This document shows positions 44,091 to 61,760 of a stretch of 64,000 nt of DNA, in pieces. The notes below the pieces were generated by a model. The model made no database searches and was not told the origin of the DNA. It worked only from the letters and a program-made list of their open reading frames with translations. The stretch lies in assembly GCF_009914755.1 (NCBI RefSeq), contig NC_060938.1, one strand, 5' to 3'. The DNA is from the human T2T-CHM13v2.0 reference genome, Homo sapiens. The translations under genes were made by a program, and so were the position numbers. Position 1 is the first letter of the stretch; each line of letters starts with the position of its first letter.

Positions 44091-45773
44091 ATTTTGAGTA
44101 AATGGGTAAACCAATAAATGTCTATTTTGGTGGCTTCTAATACCCTAAAGTAATATAGATGTTAACATTTGCTGCCAAGTGAAGGTTTTTAATGACACCA
44201 CATGGTTAATACAAATTATTAATACATGGTTAGTACAAGCCCCAGAGTACATCTCTACATTTCACTAGTTTAAAATCATAGTAGCACACTGAATATATAT
44301 AGCACATTGAATTTAATGCCAGAAGGCAAAATTACAGCTAATCAGAGTCTTTAGTATTTGAGTTAGTGTCAAGAGTACACCTGTGTTAATAATATAGCTT
44401 TTACATACTCTAATAAATTGCTTTACAACTTCCTAACAGTTGCCAATCTTTTGTATTTACCTCACTGAAGTTTCCTTGTATTTTTCAGGAAATAATTTGC
44501 TAGTCATAAGGAAGAATTTTTATTAAGCTTCTATGCTCAGTTACAGGTACATCATATTCCAAAAGAGAACCCAATTTACATAGTTCCAAAATAACGAGAT
44601 TAATTTAGAAATTTAATAGTCACTTGATGCTTTACAAAAAAAGAAATTCTTTATATAAGAAGCCCTGAAATGAGGCATTTGCTTGAACATCACTGGGTAC
44701 TTACCAGAAAGTTGGGAGAAATAAAATTTTCAGAATCAAAAATTAAGGAAACTAATTCAATTAGTGCCATCAACTGAGTAGTAGCTGGAAGTTAGGTATT
44801 CATTAGATTTTAATATCTGCCAGTGGCAAAGTATTAGACCATTTACAAACATTCAATTTCAACGTATTCATTAAGGAACACAGACACTATATAAAGAAGA
44901 TAAATAATTTTTTGAAAAAAAGTATTTCTGGCTATGTGACCATAATTCTCAGTACATTGATTTTATTGTAAATAACTGCAAGTTTAACCACCCCATGTGA
45001 TAGTGCTGAAATAACAAATAAAATGTTTTTTAATCTAAATAATATTCACAGTAAATACTAATTACAATCACCATCTTCAGCTGCCTGACTTATCACGCAT
45101 TTTTCCCCTGGGGATCTAATAGTGCTCCTGCTTTCTCACTCTGCTTTTGTCCTACTTTGAAGTTAGTTGAGCCTAAGAAGAATTAGAGATGGCATAGATA
45201 TCATAAAAAATGTTTCTGGTAATTTTAACTGACAGTCTAATGGAAAGTCTAGTCCTTCCTTATAAGACTGTGATGAGACAAATGGATTAGTGCAGAGTTC
45301 AGAGTCAATTTCCTTATTAAAGGTCCTCATAGGGCCAATAATTCCACAGTGTTCACATGTCAATTAACCCCAAATGTTAACCTGCAACAACTTGTTTAGC
45401 AGCTACCCTTTCTGGATATGTGAAAGGTTTTATTCCTGATGATAGTACAGAAAAGAAGAACAGCTCAAAGGTGGATATGTGATGAAAAACGGGAGGGAAA
45501 AATCAAGTTATTTTAAATTTTTTTCTAAAATGTCCTGTAGTATGGCTTACTTTTGAGTAGGATGTTTACTTCTCCAATATCCATATATTTAGGAATGTAT
45601 GGATGACAAATACTGAAAAAATAATCTTACATCTGCAAACATTTCTGTGATTATAAAAGATTAGCAAGGTCACTATTTAACTCTGTTAAACATAACCAAG
45701 TCCAGACTTTTGCAGTAAAAGAATGACTTTTACTGTGTGTGTAATGTTGTTGTTTTAAAAATAGACTTATCCA

Positions 45774-46126
<353 letters not shown>

Positions 46127-48180
46127 CTATCTATTCATTAATCTAATTTATTCATTTAACAAATATTTAAGTTTTTATTGAGAGACTCTCACTCTAACTT
46201 ATGTAATAAGCCATCATGTGATCACTGAAAACGATTCTCAAGGAAACATTATTTTAGGTCTGCATTTACTAACATTTTGCTTTCTGTATCCATGGTGATA
46301 TATTTTGGAATTTTTTATCTCTAGCATTACAAAAACTAAGTTGGAAACAACTTTATTAAATTCTAAATTATTATTTATTTCAAACTATTCATAATCTGAG
46401 AATAGTCAATGCATATGTTTAAGTTGCCTATATTTTTAAATAAATTCTAAAAAATGTTATAAACTTGCTTCCTTTTGAAAATGAAAATGATAGAAAAAGA
46501 AAGCACAGCAATATCAGTATAAATGTAAAAGAAATCTTACTAAATTCTAAGTAAAAAATACAGCCATAAAATGTTAGTACTGTTTTATGCCATTAACAAT
46601 GTATATGTATATGTATATGTATAGGTATATGTATATGTATATATGTACCTGAATTTAGAAGGGCATAGGAAAATAAAGTGCAGTGGTAACTGTTAACTTT
46701 GATCTAATTTTTGATTTATTTCTGTAATAATATTTTAATCTAATATGGTACATTAATTCTATTCTTGCTGGATGAGTATGCATTTGATTTGATAACAGAG
46801 TGGGCAGCCCAAGTAAATCTAGGTTTAAAATGCAACTACAAAAGAATTTGACTGCTTATTTAGTAAATATAAAAATAATCTACTTAAAAATTTTATTTTT
46901 CATTGCTATTAGGAAGTTAGTGTTAAATTGCCACTTTCCTTTGCTCCTTTAAGTTTAGGAAATACACAGCAAATATATGCAGCAATTTGTGGATTTCTTA
47001 GCAATGAGGTGAGAGGAGTAATTTTCAATACACAGGACATTTTGTGGTCTAATTTTCCTTCTTGAAAATCCTTAACGTTTCAAAAATTTGCATGATGCAT
47101 TTGAGTATTGTTTTGATGGTTTGTTTCCTTTAGAAATATTTCAGGAGCAATTCTCATCTCATCGGAAGATTTTTCTCTTATTATTAGCTTTTCAACAACA
47201 CAAAATGAAATATGGGAATGCCCTGTTTGATTTCAGCTGCAATGCAGGGCTATTAATCCTTTTTAAATTGCTCCATAGCACCTCCTGATGGAACATGTAT
47301 GTCTGCATTTGACATTTTTGTCTTTTCTCTTAATGTTACTTAGGCAAGCAAAAAAAACCTCCCTGCAGCTGCCCTTTTTATCCAGACTCTGTTCCTGGGA
47401 TTATTGGAAAGGTGATATGGATAATTTTAGTCACCATCCTTCTTCTACCAAGAAAAATCAGGCACAGATAAATTTCTTTTTCTCTTCTACCACTATGTTT
47501 TATTGATTTTTAGATTCCTGTTTCCTCAAGGTATTATAGTCTGTAAGTGAAATATTTTATATTTTTTTCTACTTTTTTATTAGCTTAATTAAATTAGGCA
47601 GCAGCAGCTTTAGAAGCTGCTGCTGTCAGTTGGAACAGGCATTGCAGAAAATATCAGCTACAAAACAATCTTCCATGATCGGCTCATTTTCTAGAAGGCT
47701 GATTCAGATCCCTGTCTTTGAACACCTTGACATGTGTGCATTTATCCCAACTCATATCCTAAATACATCTTGGTCACTTGCACCTCCTTTGCTACCACAT
47801 AGTGATTCTTTCCCTTCTTCTTCTGCCACTCCTCATCAGTGCTGCAGTAGTCGCTGATCTTCCAGGTTCAGTAATATACTTCTCAGTCATTTGCATTCTA
47901 ATTGGCCACTAGTCCAGCCCCTGGAGATTGTCCTCACATCTCAAATGCTTCCCAGCTCCAACAGCCCTTACAGGAAAAGATAAGCAATAAGAAACCATGG
48001 CAAGTAGAGTGCTTGGTTCCTATTAATTGCCAGGAGCATTGTGGAATGTCATGACTAAGGTTTTGTCAAGCCTATTAGCTAATAGTAAGCATTCAAAATA
48101 ATGAAAATTTCTAGAGCTCCAACATGCATGCCAAACAGAAAACTATAATTTACAATCTGTAATATTAAAATATATCTTAA

Positions 48181-48484
<304 letters not shown>

Positions 48485-49991
48485 ATAACTCAAATATTAA
48501 AACACAGCCACACATAAGAGATACTTGAAATCAGTTTACTACACTTTAATGAGTATTATGTATTTATTTTTTCCAATACTTTTCTTATTGCTACACTGAA
48601 TATGAAGCAGGTGTGGAACATAGTCCCTGTACTAAAAAGTTATATTCTAGGCAGGGACATATGACTAACCTATAGGAATGTATGACTAACATAAAGGCAA
48701 TCTATTTACCTAACACCTAATCCAGTAAAGACAGATAAATGTTAATTATTAGAAATTGGATAAGTTACTTGTAATTAGGACTAAGGGATATAAGAACCAG
48801 CAGAAACCTTAGGGATAACGCAGTCAAGGTCCTTGATTTTGCAGAGGAAGAAAAGTAGGCAAAGTTAAATGACTTGTCCAATGACACAGAACAATTGAGT
48901 CCTAAACTAAATCAAAATATGCTAATATTTTGCTAATATATGCTAATATCATAACTCCTACATGAAGGCTTTCTCTATTATAGCCTGCATCCTTGTTAAC
49001 AACAACAAAAAGATTTTCTATTCTTACATATTAGAATGGCAATCTAAATATTTAATGCTGGTCGTTACCTTATGTAAGCATAAAGCCTTAGTAACAGCAC
49101 TGGTTAACTATTCGAGAACATATGACAAGTAACACTGGCTTTCCTGAGATTTGTAAGCTAGGATGGCTGGTGGCAAATGTGGCTCACGTACCCAGTTGTT
49201 CCTAGAAGGCTCTGAGAACTGACTCATGTACTTAGGAATATATATCTGTCAGCGACCAACATGGCTTCATCACTCTTCTGCTCTTCCATTCAAACACGCT
49301 TTGGTTTTGTTGTAGCCAAGGCTCTTACTGTCAAAGCCTGAAGCTGAGGAGGGACTGTCAGCACCTCTCCACTACTTTGGCCTTGGAAAAGAAAAATACG
49401 CTTTATTAACTTTGTAATATATTTTTGAAAAGCCATGCATATTAAATGGGAAGTTGAATAAACCTTTGCCTATTTCAAAACTAAAGTACACACTTAATAT
49501 CCTGTATACTAAAAAGTTTATTGGATATTGCAGTAGTCACAAATGACAAATTAAGATGATGTTAAAGGCATGATAATTTAAAAAAAAAAACCTTTATTTT
49601 CTCTTTCAATAGCAACTGCCCCACGACAAGTTAGCTAGTAAAATGTTATTTCTATGTGATGTCTGAATTAACATGGTTTACTTAACAACCATAATGCATT
49701 CTAAGATTTAGTACAAAGAATAAATAGTTACATAATTTTTTTATAGAGAGGCAATGTGAATAGGTCAAAAATGATCTTAATATCCAGCATCAATAAATAT
49801 GTTATGTTACAAGGTTTAGGAGAATCAAGATTGCAGAGTGAATTATGATTGCTAATCACATGACCTTAAAATAAAAAGATTATCCTGGATTATAAAGAAA
49901 AGGTAAATGGATTATCTCTATATTAGTTTTCTATCAGTGCTGCAACAAATTACCACAGACTTGGTGGATTAAAACAACAGACATTTATTAT

Positions 49992-50013
49992 TGTGTTAAG
50001 AGACATGGAACCA

Positions 50014-50066
<53 letters not shown>

Positions 50067-50320
50067 ATATATATGGAGACAGAGAGATGTTATGGAATTA
50101 TTTTACAGGAGTGTGAAGGTTTTTTTTTTATTAATTCCTTCATTTAATTGGATGAAACCCAACCACACTATGTGGGATAAACTCCTCGACTCATATTCTT
50201 CTGATTTACATATTAATCTCATCTAAAAAAATTACTTTCACAGGGACAACTAGACTGGTATGGTTTCAAACATCCAAGTACTAAGACCTAGCCAAGTTGA
50301 CACGTGAAATTAACCATCCA
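49992..50320 (-). mobile_element. MLT2 (ERVL) LTR fragment containing (TG)n
   Basis: 'ttggatgaaacccaaccacac...ttaatctcatctaaaaaa...cctagccaagttgacacgtgaaattaaccatc'. Confidence 0.8.
50016..50063. repeat. Pure (TG)n microsatellite, about 24 units
   Basis: Directly visible. Confidence 0.97.
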
Positions 50321-51964
50321 GATTATCTTCTGTTTCTGGATTTCAAAATTTTTAAATGAGTTTCTCTTTGCTAAATTCAAAATGCTGGAAGGCTGTATTC
50401 TTTCTAGAGGACCTAGGGTAGAATCTTTTTCCTTTTCTAGTCTCTGTAGCTGACCACATTTCATGGCTTATGGTCCCCCCTTGTATCTTCAAAGCCAAAA
50501 CTTGTTTGTCATTCTCATGCTGCATCAATTTGACACTGACTTTCTTCTGCCTCCTGCTCCCACTTTTATGGACCATTGGGTCCACAGAAATAATCCAGGT
50601 TAAACTCCCTATTACAATTCCCTCTGCAATCTTCATTATCCTTTGCCATGTAACATCACATACTCACACGTTCCAGAGATTAGAATGTAGGCATATTTGA
50701 GGGCATGTGATTGTGGCTATCACATTCCTCTAGAGCCTCCAAAAGAAATTCAGCTATCAGCCTTCTGATACACAGAACTGAAAGTGTACAAGTCAGTGTT
50801 TTTTAAGCCATTACATTTGTGGTAATTTGTATCAGCAACCCCAAGAAATTAATACAGTTGTCATCATGAAGGAATGAAAAGTTTATAGGCAACAGAATTT
50901 GTATCTAAACACAATATAAACCTCCTTGTGAACTGGGAGCAAGTTAGAGGGATTTAAACATTTCATATACTTTAAGCACAGTGTCTCGACAGAGTCTTAA
51001 AGCCAAGTAATAGGAAACAGGAAAAAAGGCATAAAAGAAGAATAAATAATTGACAGTTTCCATGAGATAGATATTGCCCTATGCCAAGCTTTTCATATTG
51101 TGATCCTTCCAGCATTAGTGTTCTGTGAGATATTGATAGGGTTTCAAGCAAAAGCAGAAGTTTTACAAAATCAAATACTTCTGAAAAACTCAGGATTCTT
51201 TACCACAGGGCCCTGTTGTGTTTACAATCACTGGAAATGTCCCAATGATTGTGCAGTGTTTCAAATACTTTTTGATGATGTAATTTAATTTTCTCCTTTA
51301 ACACATAATTCTATTAAACATGGCTTGGGAAATAGTGCAACAAGTTTGGCGCATTGGATACTCTACCAAGGCTACCATTAAAAGTATAAATATCCCTGCT
51401 CAACTGATTTTATATATATTAATGAGAAATGAATGACCCTACTTATCTAACTTTTAAATTTGAAAAAAGCTTATTAATTCAACTAAAAATGTATATTGAA
51501 CAGTTTCCACAGGCACAGCTTTCTTTAGTAAGTGTTACAAATAAATAAAATGGCTCATGAGGTACCTGTAATCCAAAACATCCCAGATAAAAATGAAGAA
51601 CACTTTTGTTTGGGATGATCCCACCATGAAATCCATAAGCATCAGTGTAAAACTAGACATATTCTATTGATTTCAATCAACCCGGTCTTTGCTGTTAAGT
51701 CACCTGTTAAGTATCAGTACTCAGGGTTACCATTGCTTTTTAGGCCCACTCAGCCAAAACTCTGCATCTTAGGTACATTCACAGAGTAAAGAAGAAAGAG
51801 GAAATTTGACATATCATGAGACATAATTTATAAACAGGATTGAAGTAAATAAACAGAATTAACTTTGGAAGGCATGTTAATTTTTGCCAACAACAACAAC
51901 AAAAATCCATAAAGCAATTCTAAACAAGATATATATGAATCAGTTGAGAGTACATATAAAGAGC

Positions 51965-52402
51965 ATGTATGTGGTCACTGCAATACTATTCACATAGCAA
52001 AGACATGGATTCAGTCAAGGTGCCCATTAACAGTAACTAGATAAAGAAAATGTGCTACATACACACCACGGAACATTACACAGCCATAAAAAGGAATGAG
52101 ATTATGTCCTTTGCAGCAACCTGAATGGCATTAGAGGCCATTATCCTAAGCAAACTATTCAAATACCTCATGTTTTCACTTATAGGTAGGAGCTAATCAT
52201 TGACACAAAGAAGAAAACAACAGACACTGAGGCCTATTTGAGGGTGGAGGGTGGGAGGAGGATGAGGATCAAAAAAACTACCTATAGGTACTATGTTTAT
52301 TAACTGGGTAAAAAAATAATCTGGACACCAAACTCCTATGACATGCAATTTACCTATATAACAAATCTGCACATGTACCCCGAATATAAAATCAAAAAGT
52401 TA
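51965..52402 (+). mobile_element. L1PA16-like 3' end
   Basis: 'gagggtggagggtgggaggaggatgaggatcaaaaaaactacctataggtactatg...atctgcacatgtacccc'. Confidence 0.9.
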
Positions 52403-52429
52403 ATAACTGTTCCAACAAAAACAAACAAA

Positions 52430-52665
52430 TACATAATTGAACTGTGTTTTCATTACTAAATTATAGGAGTCATTTATATATTCTAGGTAGAAGCCCTTTG
52501 TCAGATTTACATGTTGTAAATACTTTCTCCTGGACTTTGCCTTGTTTGTTAATCTTAGTAGTGTATTTTAATGAATAAGAGTTTTAAATTTTGATAAAGT
52601 CGCATTTATTATTTCCCTTTATTGTTGATACTCATGTCCCTTCTAAGAAAACCATTGCCTACTTG
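52430..52665 (-). mobile_element. L1M ORF2 fragment
   Basis: 'tttatatattctaggtagaagccctttgtcagattt...gttgtaaatactttctcc'. Confidence 0.7.
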
Positions 52666-53029
52666 AAAAATAAATAAATAAATAAATAAGGAGATATGTG
52701 ATTAGAAATGTACTAAGTGCTAACAGAAACTTGAGGAAAGAGGAACAATATAAGCAAAGTGACTAAGTACTAACATATTTGCTTAATCTTAGTGATTTGG
52801 GTAGAAGAGAGGGAAAAAGGCAATCTTGGACGAGGGAACATGAAAAAATGCAGATGCAGGAAAGAATAATATATTTGGGGTTCAGATAATCATGCAAGAA
52901 GCTACTGTGTAAAAATTAGTAAAAATTAAAGGTTCTTCCACATTTATTTGGGGCAGACACTACTTACTACTTTCTTAAGATGTTATGTCATTATTAATGT
53001 ATGGGCAGGAGAGTCAGGGGTGTTGGAGA

Positions 53030-53890
53030 GATGCAAGGTAGCAAGGATCTAAAGGCCAAAATCCAGAAAGAAAAAAACCCATAGAAGAAAATCATATATT
53101 CTCCCCTCAAGACATTTGCTAATTTTAAAGCAGCAGCTGAAAAGACTAAGAATGTGAGAAAGTAGCAGCTGAGTGGCTGAGAAGGTGAGCAAAGCTTATG
53201 ACAATACCATGGGTTTAAGGAGACAAAAATTGAACATCTGGGCCCAAAAAGGAAGAAAGAACCTAATAAACACTTCAGATTTTAGATTAGACGTTCGTAG
53301 GACTTCCCCTGACAATAAGGGCAACCCAGAAATCGATCAGCCTATAAAAAGTGTGAAGCCTAAATTTAAATAAATTTTATAACTGGTTTGAAGTTCTCTT
53401 TCCCTACTGAAAGTCCCATCGACACAAAAGTAAATCTTTTCAGCAGGAACATAATATTATTTAGACCCTCAAAACATCTCTGTTTTTTATATACAATAAC
53501 CAACATTCAATCAAAAATTGCCAATATAAAAGGAGTGAAGATCACATAACTGCAAACCAAGAGAATAGAAACAAACTCACAAAATATTCAAATATTGGAG
53601 TTAGCAGACATGGATTTAAAATTTCTATGATTAACATGTTTAAAAATTATATAACAACAGGAAACTAACAACATAAAGTAATGCATTGAAATGTAGAATT
53701 TAAAATAACACTTAAAATTAAAACTCAGTAGATGCTCTTCTTAAAAATAGTAGTAAACCAAGTTGAGATAAGAACAGATGAAAGATTGGTTAGAAATAAA
53801 ACATCACTATACATGTGTCAGGGCAGGGGTATATGGGAACTCTATACCTGCCTCTCAATTTTGCTATGAATCTAAAACTGCTCCAAAAAA
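53030..53890 (+). mobile_element. Ancient L1M fragments (5'/ORF1 piece and L1MC-like 3' tip)
   Basis: 'atattggagttagcagacatggattt'; 'ggggtatatgggaactctatacctgcctctcaattttgctatgaatctaaaactgctccaaaaaa'. Confidence 0.65.
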
Positions 53891-53899
53891 TTGTCCTTA

Positions 53900-54887
53900 G
53901 AGGGGTGGCACCAAGATGGCCAAATAGGAACAGCTCCAGTCAGCAACTCCAAGCATGAACAATGCAGAAGAATGGTGACTTCTGCATTTCCAACTGAGGT
54001 ACCAGGTTCATCTCACTGGGTTTTGCCAGACAAGTGGGTGCAGCCCATGGAGCAGGGGGGGGCATCACCTCACCCAGGAAGTGCAAGGGATCCAGGAATT
54101 CCCTTTCCTAGCAAAGGGAAGCCCTGACAGAGGGCACCTGGAAAATCCGAACACTCCCACCCTGATACTGCACTTTTCCAATGGCCTTAGCAAATGGCAC
54201 ACCAGGAGATTACATCCCGCGCCTGGCTTGGAGGGTCCCACACCCACAGAGCCTTGCTCACTGCTAGCACAGCAGTCTGAGATTCAACTGCAAGGCAGCA
54301 GCGAGGCTGGGGGAGGGGCGTCCGCCATTGCTGAGGCTTGAGTAGGTAAACAAAGTGGCCTGGAAGCTTCAAATGGGTGGAGCCCACTACAGTTAAAGGA
54401 GGCCTGCCTGCCTCTGTAGACTCCACCTCTAGGGGCAGGGCATAGCTGAAGAAAAGGTAGCAGAAACTTCTGCAGACTTAAATGTCCCTGTCTGACAGCT
54501 CTGAAGAGAGTAGTGGTTCTCCCAGCATGGAGTTTGAGATCTGAAAATGGACAGACTGCCTCCTCAAGTGGGTCCCTGACCCCCGAGTAGCCTAACTGGG
54601 AGGCACCTCCCAGTAGGGGGGTGACTGACACCTTATAAGGCCAGGTGCCCCTCTGAGATGAAGCTTCCAGAGGAAGGATTAGTCAGCAACATTTGCTGTT
54701 CTTCAGCCTCTGCTGGTCATACCCAGGCAAACAGGGTCTGGAGTGGACCTCCAGCAAACTCCAACAGACCTGCAGCTGAGGGTCCTGACTGTTAGAAGGA
54801 AAACTAACAAACAGAAAGGACATCGACACCAAAACCCCATCTGTACACCACCATCACCAAAGACCAAAGGTAGATAAAACCACAAAA
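53900..54887 (+). promoter_or_regulatory. L1 5' UTR with sense and antisense promoters; YY1 site (caagatggcc, 53912-53921); retains the ~129-bp ZNF93-bound segment (about 54650-54780)
   Basis: Sequence match to L1PA 5' UTR; promoter, YY1 and ZNF93 roles are established knowledge; CpG-depleted, activity unknown. Confidence 0.75.
54065..54328 (-). pseudogene. L1 ORF0 homologue with in-frame stop
   Basis: MADAPPPASLLPCS* followed in frame by GVGPSKPGAGCNLLVCHLLRPLEKCSIRVGVFGFSRC, which resembles recalled L1HS ORF0. Confidence 0.75.
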
Positions 54888-55914
54888 ATGGGGAGAAACC
54901 AGAGAAGAAAAGCTGAAAATTCTAAAAATCAGAGTGCCTCTTCTCCTCCAAAGGAATGCAGCTCCTCGCCAGCAACGGAACAAAGCTGGACAGAGAATGA
55001 CTTTGTTGAGTTGAGAGAAGAAGGCTTCAGAGGATCTGTAATAACAAACTTCTCCGAGCTAAAGGAGGATGTTCGAACCCATCGCAAAGAAGCTAAAAAC
55101 CTGGAAAACAGAGTAGATGAATGGCTAACTAGAATAAACAGTGTAGAGAAGTCCTTAAATGACCTGATGGAGCTGAAAACCATGGCATGAGAACTACGTG
55201 ATGCATACACAAGCTTCAGTAGCAGATTTGATCAAATGGAAGAAAGGGTATCAGTGATGGAAGATAAAATGAACGACATGAAGTGAGAAGAGAAGTTTAG
55301 TTTAGAGAAAAAAGAGTAAAAAGACACAAACAAAGCCTCCAAGAAATATGGGACTATGTGAAAAGACCAAATCTACGCCTGATTGGTGTACCTGAAAGTG
55401 ACAGGGAGAATGCAACTAAGTTGGAAAACACTCTTCAGGATAACATCCAGAAGAACTTCCCCAACCTAGCGAGGCAGGCCAACATTCAAATTCAGGAAAT
55501 ACAGAGAATGCCACAAAAACACTTCTCAAGAAGAGCAACTGCAAGACACATAATTGTCAGATACACCAAAGTTGAAACAAAGCAAAAAATCTTAAGGTCA
55601 GCCAGAGAGAAAGATCGATTACCTACAAAGGGAAGCCCATCAGACTAACAGCTGATCTCTCGGTAGAAACTCTACAAGCCAGAAGAGAGTGGGGGCCAAT
55701 ATTCAACATTCTTAAAGAAAAGAATTTTCAACCCAGAATTTCATATCCAGCCAAACTAAGCTTCATAAGTGAAGGAGAAATAAAATCCTTTACAGACAAG
55801 CAAGTGCTGAGAGATTTTCTGACCACCAGGCCTGTCTTACAAGAGCTCCTGAAGGAAGCACTAAAAATGGAAAGGAACAACCGGTACCAGCCACTGCAAA
55901 AACATGCCAAATAA
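54888..55914 (+). pseudogene. L1 ORF1p, disrupted
   Basis: ORF pieces MGRNQRRK...LMELKTMA* and KRPNLRLIGVPESD...; premature stops and frameshifts. Confidence 0.93.
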
Positions 55915-55976
55915 GAACATCAATACTAGGAAGAAACTGCATCAACTAATGAGCAAAATAACCAGCTAACATCTTA

Positions 55977-59607
<3,631 letters not shown>

Positions 59608-61614
59608 TGAGGTTTTAAACTTTATCTATCATTGAAGACAATTGGGACAAGCTGACAGAAAGTATTTTTTCAATGAATATGTATGTACAATGAATGAAAT
59701 TAATCCATATAACTTAGACTGCATTGTTGAGGTAATAATCCACCCACCTTTAAGGTATACTGGCAAACCTGAATAACCACTTGTCTGGAATATTGCAGAA
59801 AGTTTCAAGCATCAAACAAAGGACATCATGGCTCATATCAGGTCCATAACTCCAAGAATTTTAGTAGCCACAAGTCAAGATAGTTTTTAAAACAAAAACG
59901 TAAAAGCATTAGCTATCGTGCAAATTGTAAATGACAAATGTAAGAAAAAAAGTTAAACAATTTGATAAACATATTGTTAACTGAAGTTTTAAAAGATACT
60001 ACTACATTATAATAAAATGTATTAATTTCAAAAGAAGTAAAAGGAAAGAACGGCAGTATATGACTAAGATTTATGAAGAATAAAGTTCTATCAGAACTAT
60101 GGAATGTGAAGTAGAAAGGTTGAGCTTGACCTTGGATGAAAAATCCGAACTATGCATGTGATATGTTATAGGATATCAGAGAGCAGAGAAAAGAGAATTA
60201 TGAAAAATATGTGACAGAATCAGGTAAAAATGTCAATATATTTTTTTTAACTCAATTCTCTTGAAGATTTCATTAGCTGTGTTAGAGTTGCCATTTGAAT
60301 TACACTTTGTCACCCTTAATTATGGCTGCATATGTATAAGTACAAATAACTGTTCTAATCTAGAAAACTCATTGATAAAAAAATGGTCAGACTGTGGGGA
60401 GACTTAAGAGATTAGTCCCATCAAAAATAGTAGATGTGGTTGTTTTAGCTTCTATTTTTACTTAAGATGCTGACTATATACCAAATCTATGTGTTCCAGT
60501 CTTCAGAGAATAGACTGGGCCCAAAGGAGCTCCTATGTATTCAAAAATGCACCTCCATAATTTGTCTGCTCCTCTAAAGTGCTGATTCTAATATACCAAA
60601 TTGTTTGGCTGTATTTTGACCTCATGACTCAAACGTTATCTGCCTAGCCTGGTATGTTTTAGAACTGAAAGGCTTGGAAACGTCTAGTCCTTGCTTCCAT
60701 GATTATCTCTCTGTCCCACCTTCCAAAAATGAAAGGAATAAATATATTTTTCTGCTCTATTAATATGCAAATTCAGCTTCCCTGCATTGAGAACTCTGAA
60801 GTGCATATTGTGGTAACTGATGGGGAAGTTGAAGCTGGTATAAATGCTGCTCTTGGCCTTGACATAAGAATAGATGATTAAAATAAAATTGCACTTCTCT
60901 GGCAGTGTTAAGCATTGGCCAACTGCCCAAATTCAGCAGTGCACATTCTGGTAGGCTTAGCTTCTCTCTTGACACATTGCACCACTGAGCTCAGACTTCC
61001 CCTGCCTGTTACTTCAGATGTGCTAGATTGATATATTTATCCTGCCTCATTGCCTGTGAGTACCTAAGGCATTAAAGAAAAGATTAACCTGCAGGTATGA
61101 TGAACTCTGGGGACTCTTACATTAGATGTCACTTCTTAAAGCATTGTCTTTAAGGATCACACACACACAGCCAGATCAAAATGAAGCCTGTGTTATGTTA
61201 GTGGTTTTTAACCATTTGCTAGAAGATTGAAAATTATATTACATCGTGTCATAGACTAAGAAAGGTTTTGTAGATTTTCTATTTAATTCATAGCTCCAGG
61301 CATTATAGTTAAGACACAAAACAGTATCAAAGGATTCCATGAATTGTTCAGGGAAAAAATAAACTATAGAAATTCTTGCTTTGTATAGCATGCCAAAACC
61401 TGAAAACTTCTTTTTAAACTAATTTAAGAACATTTTCCTTTCACTCACCTACACCCTCCACTGCATTGATATCTTGATTGCATTTTTACATATTTAATTA
61501 TATATTACTGCATAGAATATAAATCACTATAGTGTAGTGACTCAAATTGATGATGCAGCATTTCCAGAATTTTAATATGAGATCCACCTAGGGCAGGTTT
61601 CTAAACATGTCTTA

Positions 61615-61760
61615 CCATACCTGTGCCTCAGTTTCCTCATCTTCAAAAAAATGAGCTACTCTCAATAAGGTTGCTGTGAGGACTAAATTACATAGTAAAT
61701 GATAAGTACCTAGAACAGTGCTTGACACATAGTGAATGCTCAGTTAATATCAGCTACTAT
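61615..61760 (+). mobile_element. MIR
   Basis: 'ctgtgcctcagtttcctcatct...ggttgctgtgaggactaaat...tagaacagtgcttgacacatagtgaatgctcag'. Confidence 0.85.

Larger units (their letters stand above)
49918..50724 (-). mobile_element. MLT1C/D-like LTR split by MLT2
   Basis: 'tattagttttctatcagtgctgcaacaaattaccacagacttggtggattaaaacaacagacatttatt' ... 'ctttgccatgtaacatcacatactcacacgttccagagattag'. Confidence 0.78.
49755..50856 (+). mobile_element. MLT1E-like LTR split into about 49755-49917 and 50725-50856 by nested LTRs
   Basis: 'ttgcagagtgaattatgattgctaatcacatgaccttaaaataaaaagattatcctggattat'; 3' end 'taagccattacatttgtggtaatttgtatcagcaaccccaagaaattaataca'. Confidence 0.72.

Noticed and set aside
44489-44546. 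Exon-like segment with a strong acceptor and CAG|gtacat
   Set aside because: Stops in all three frames and a weak donor; no other support
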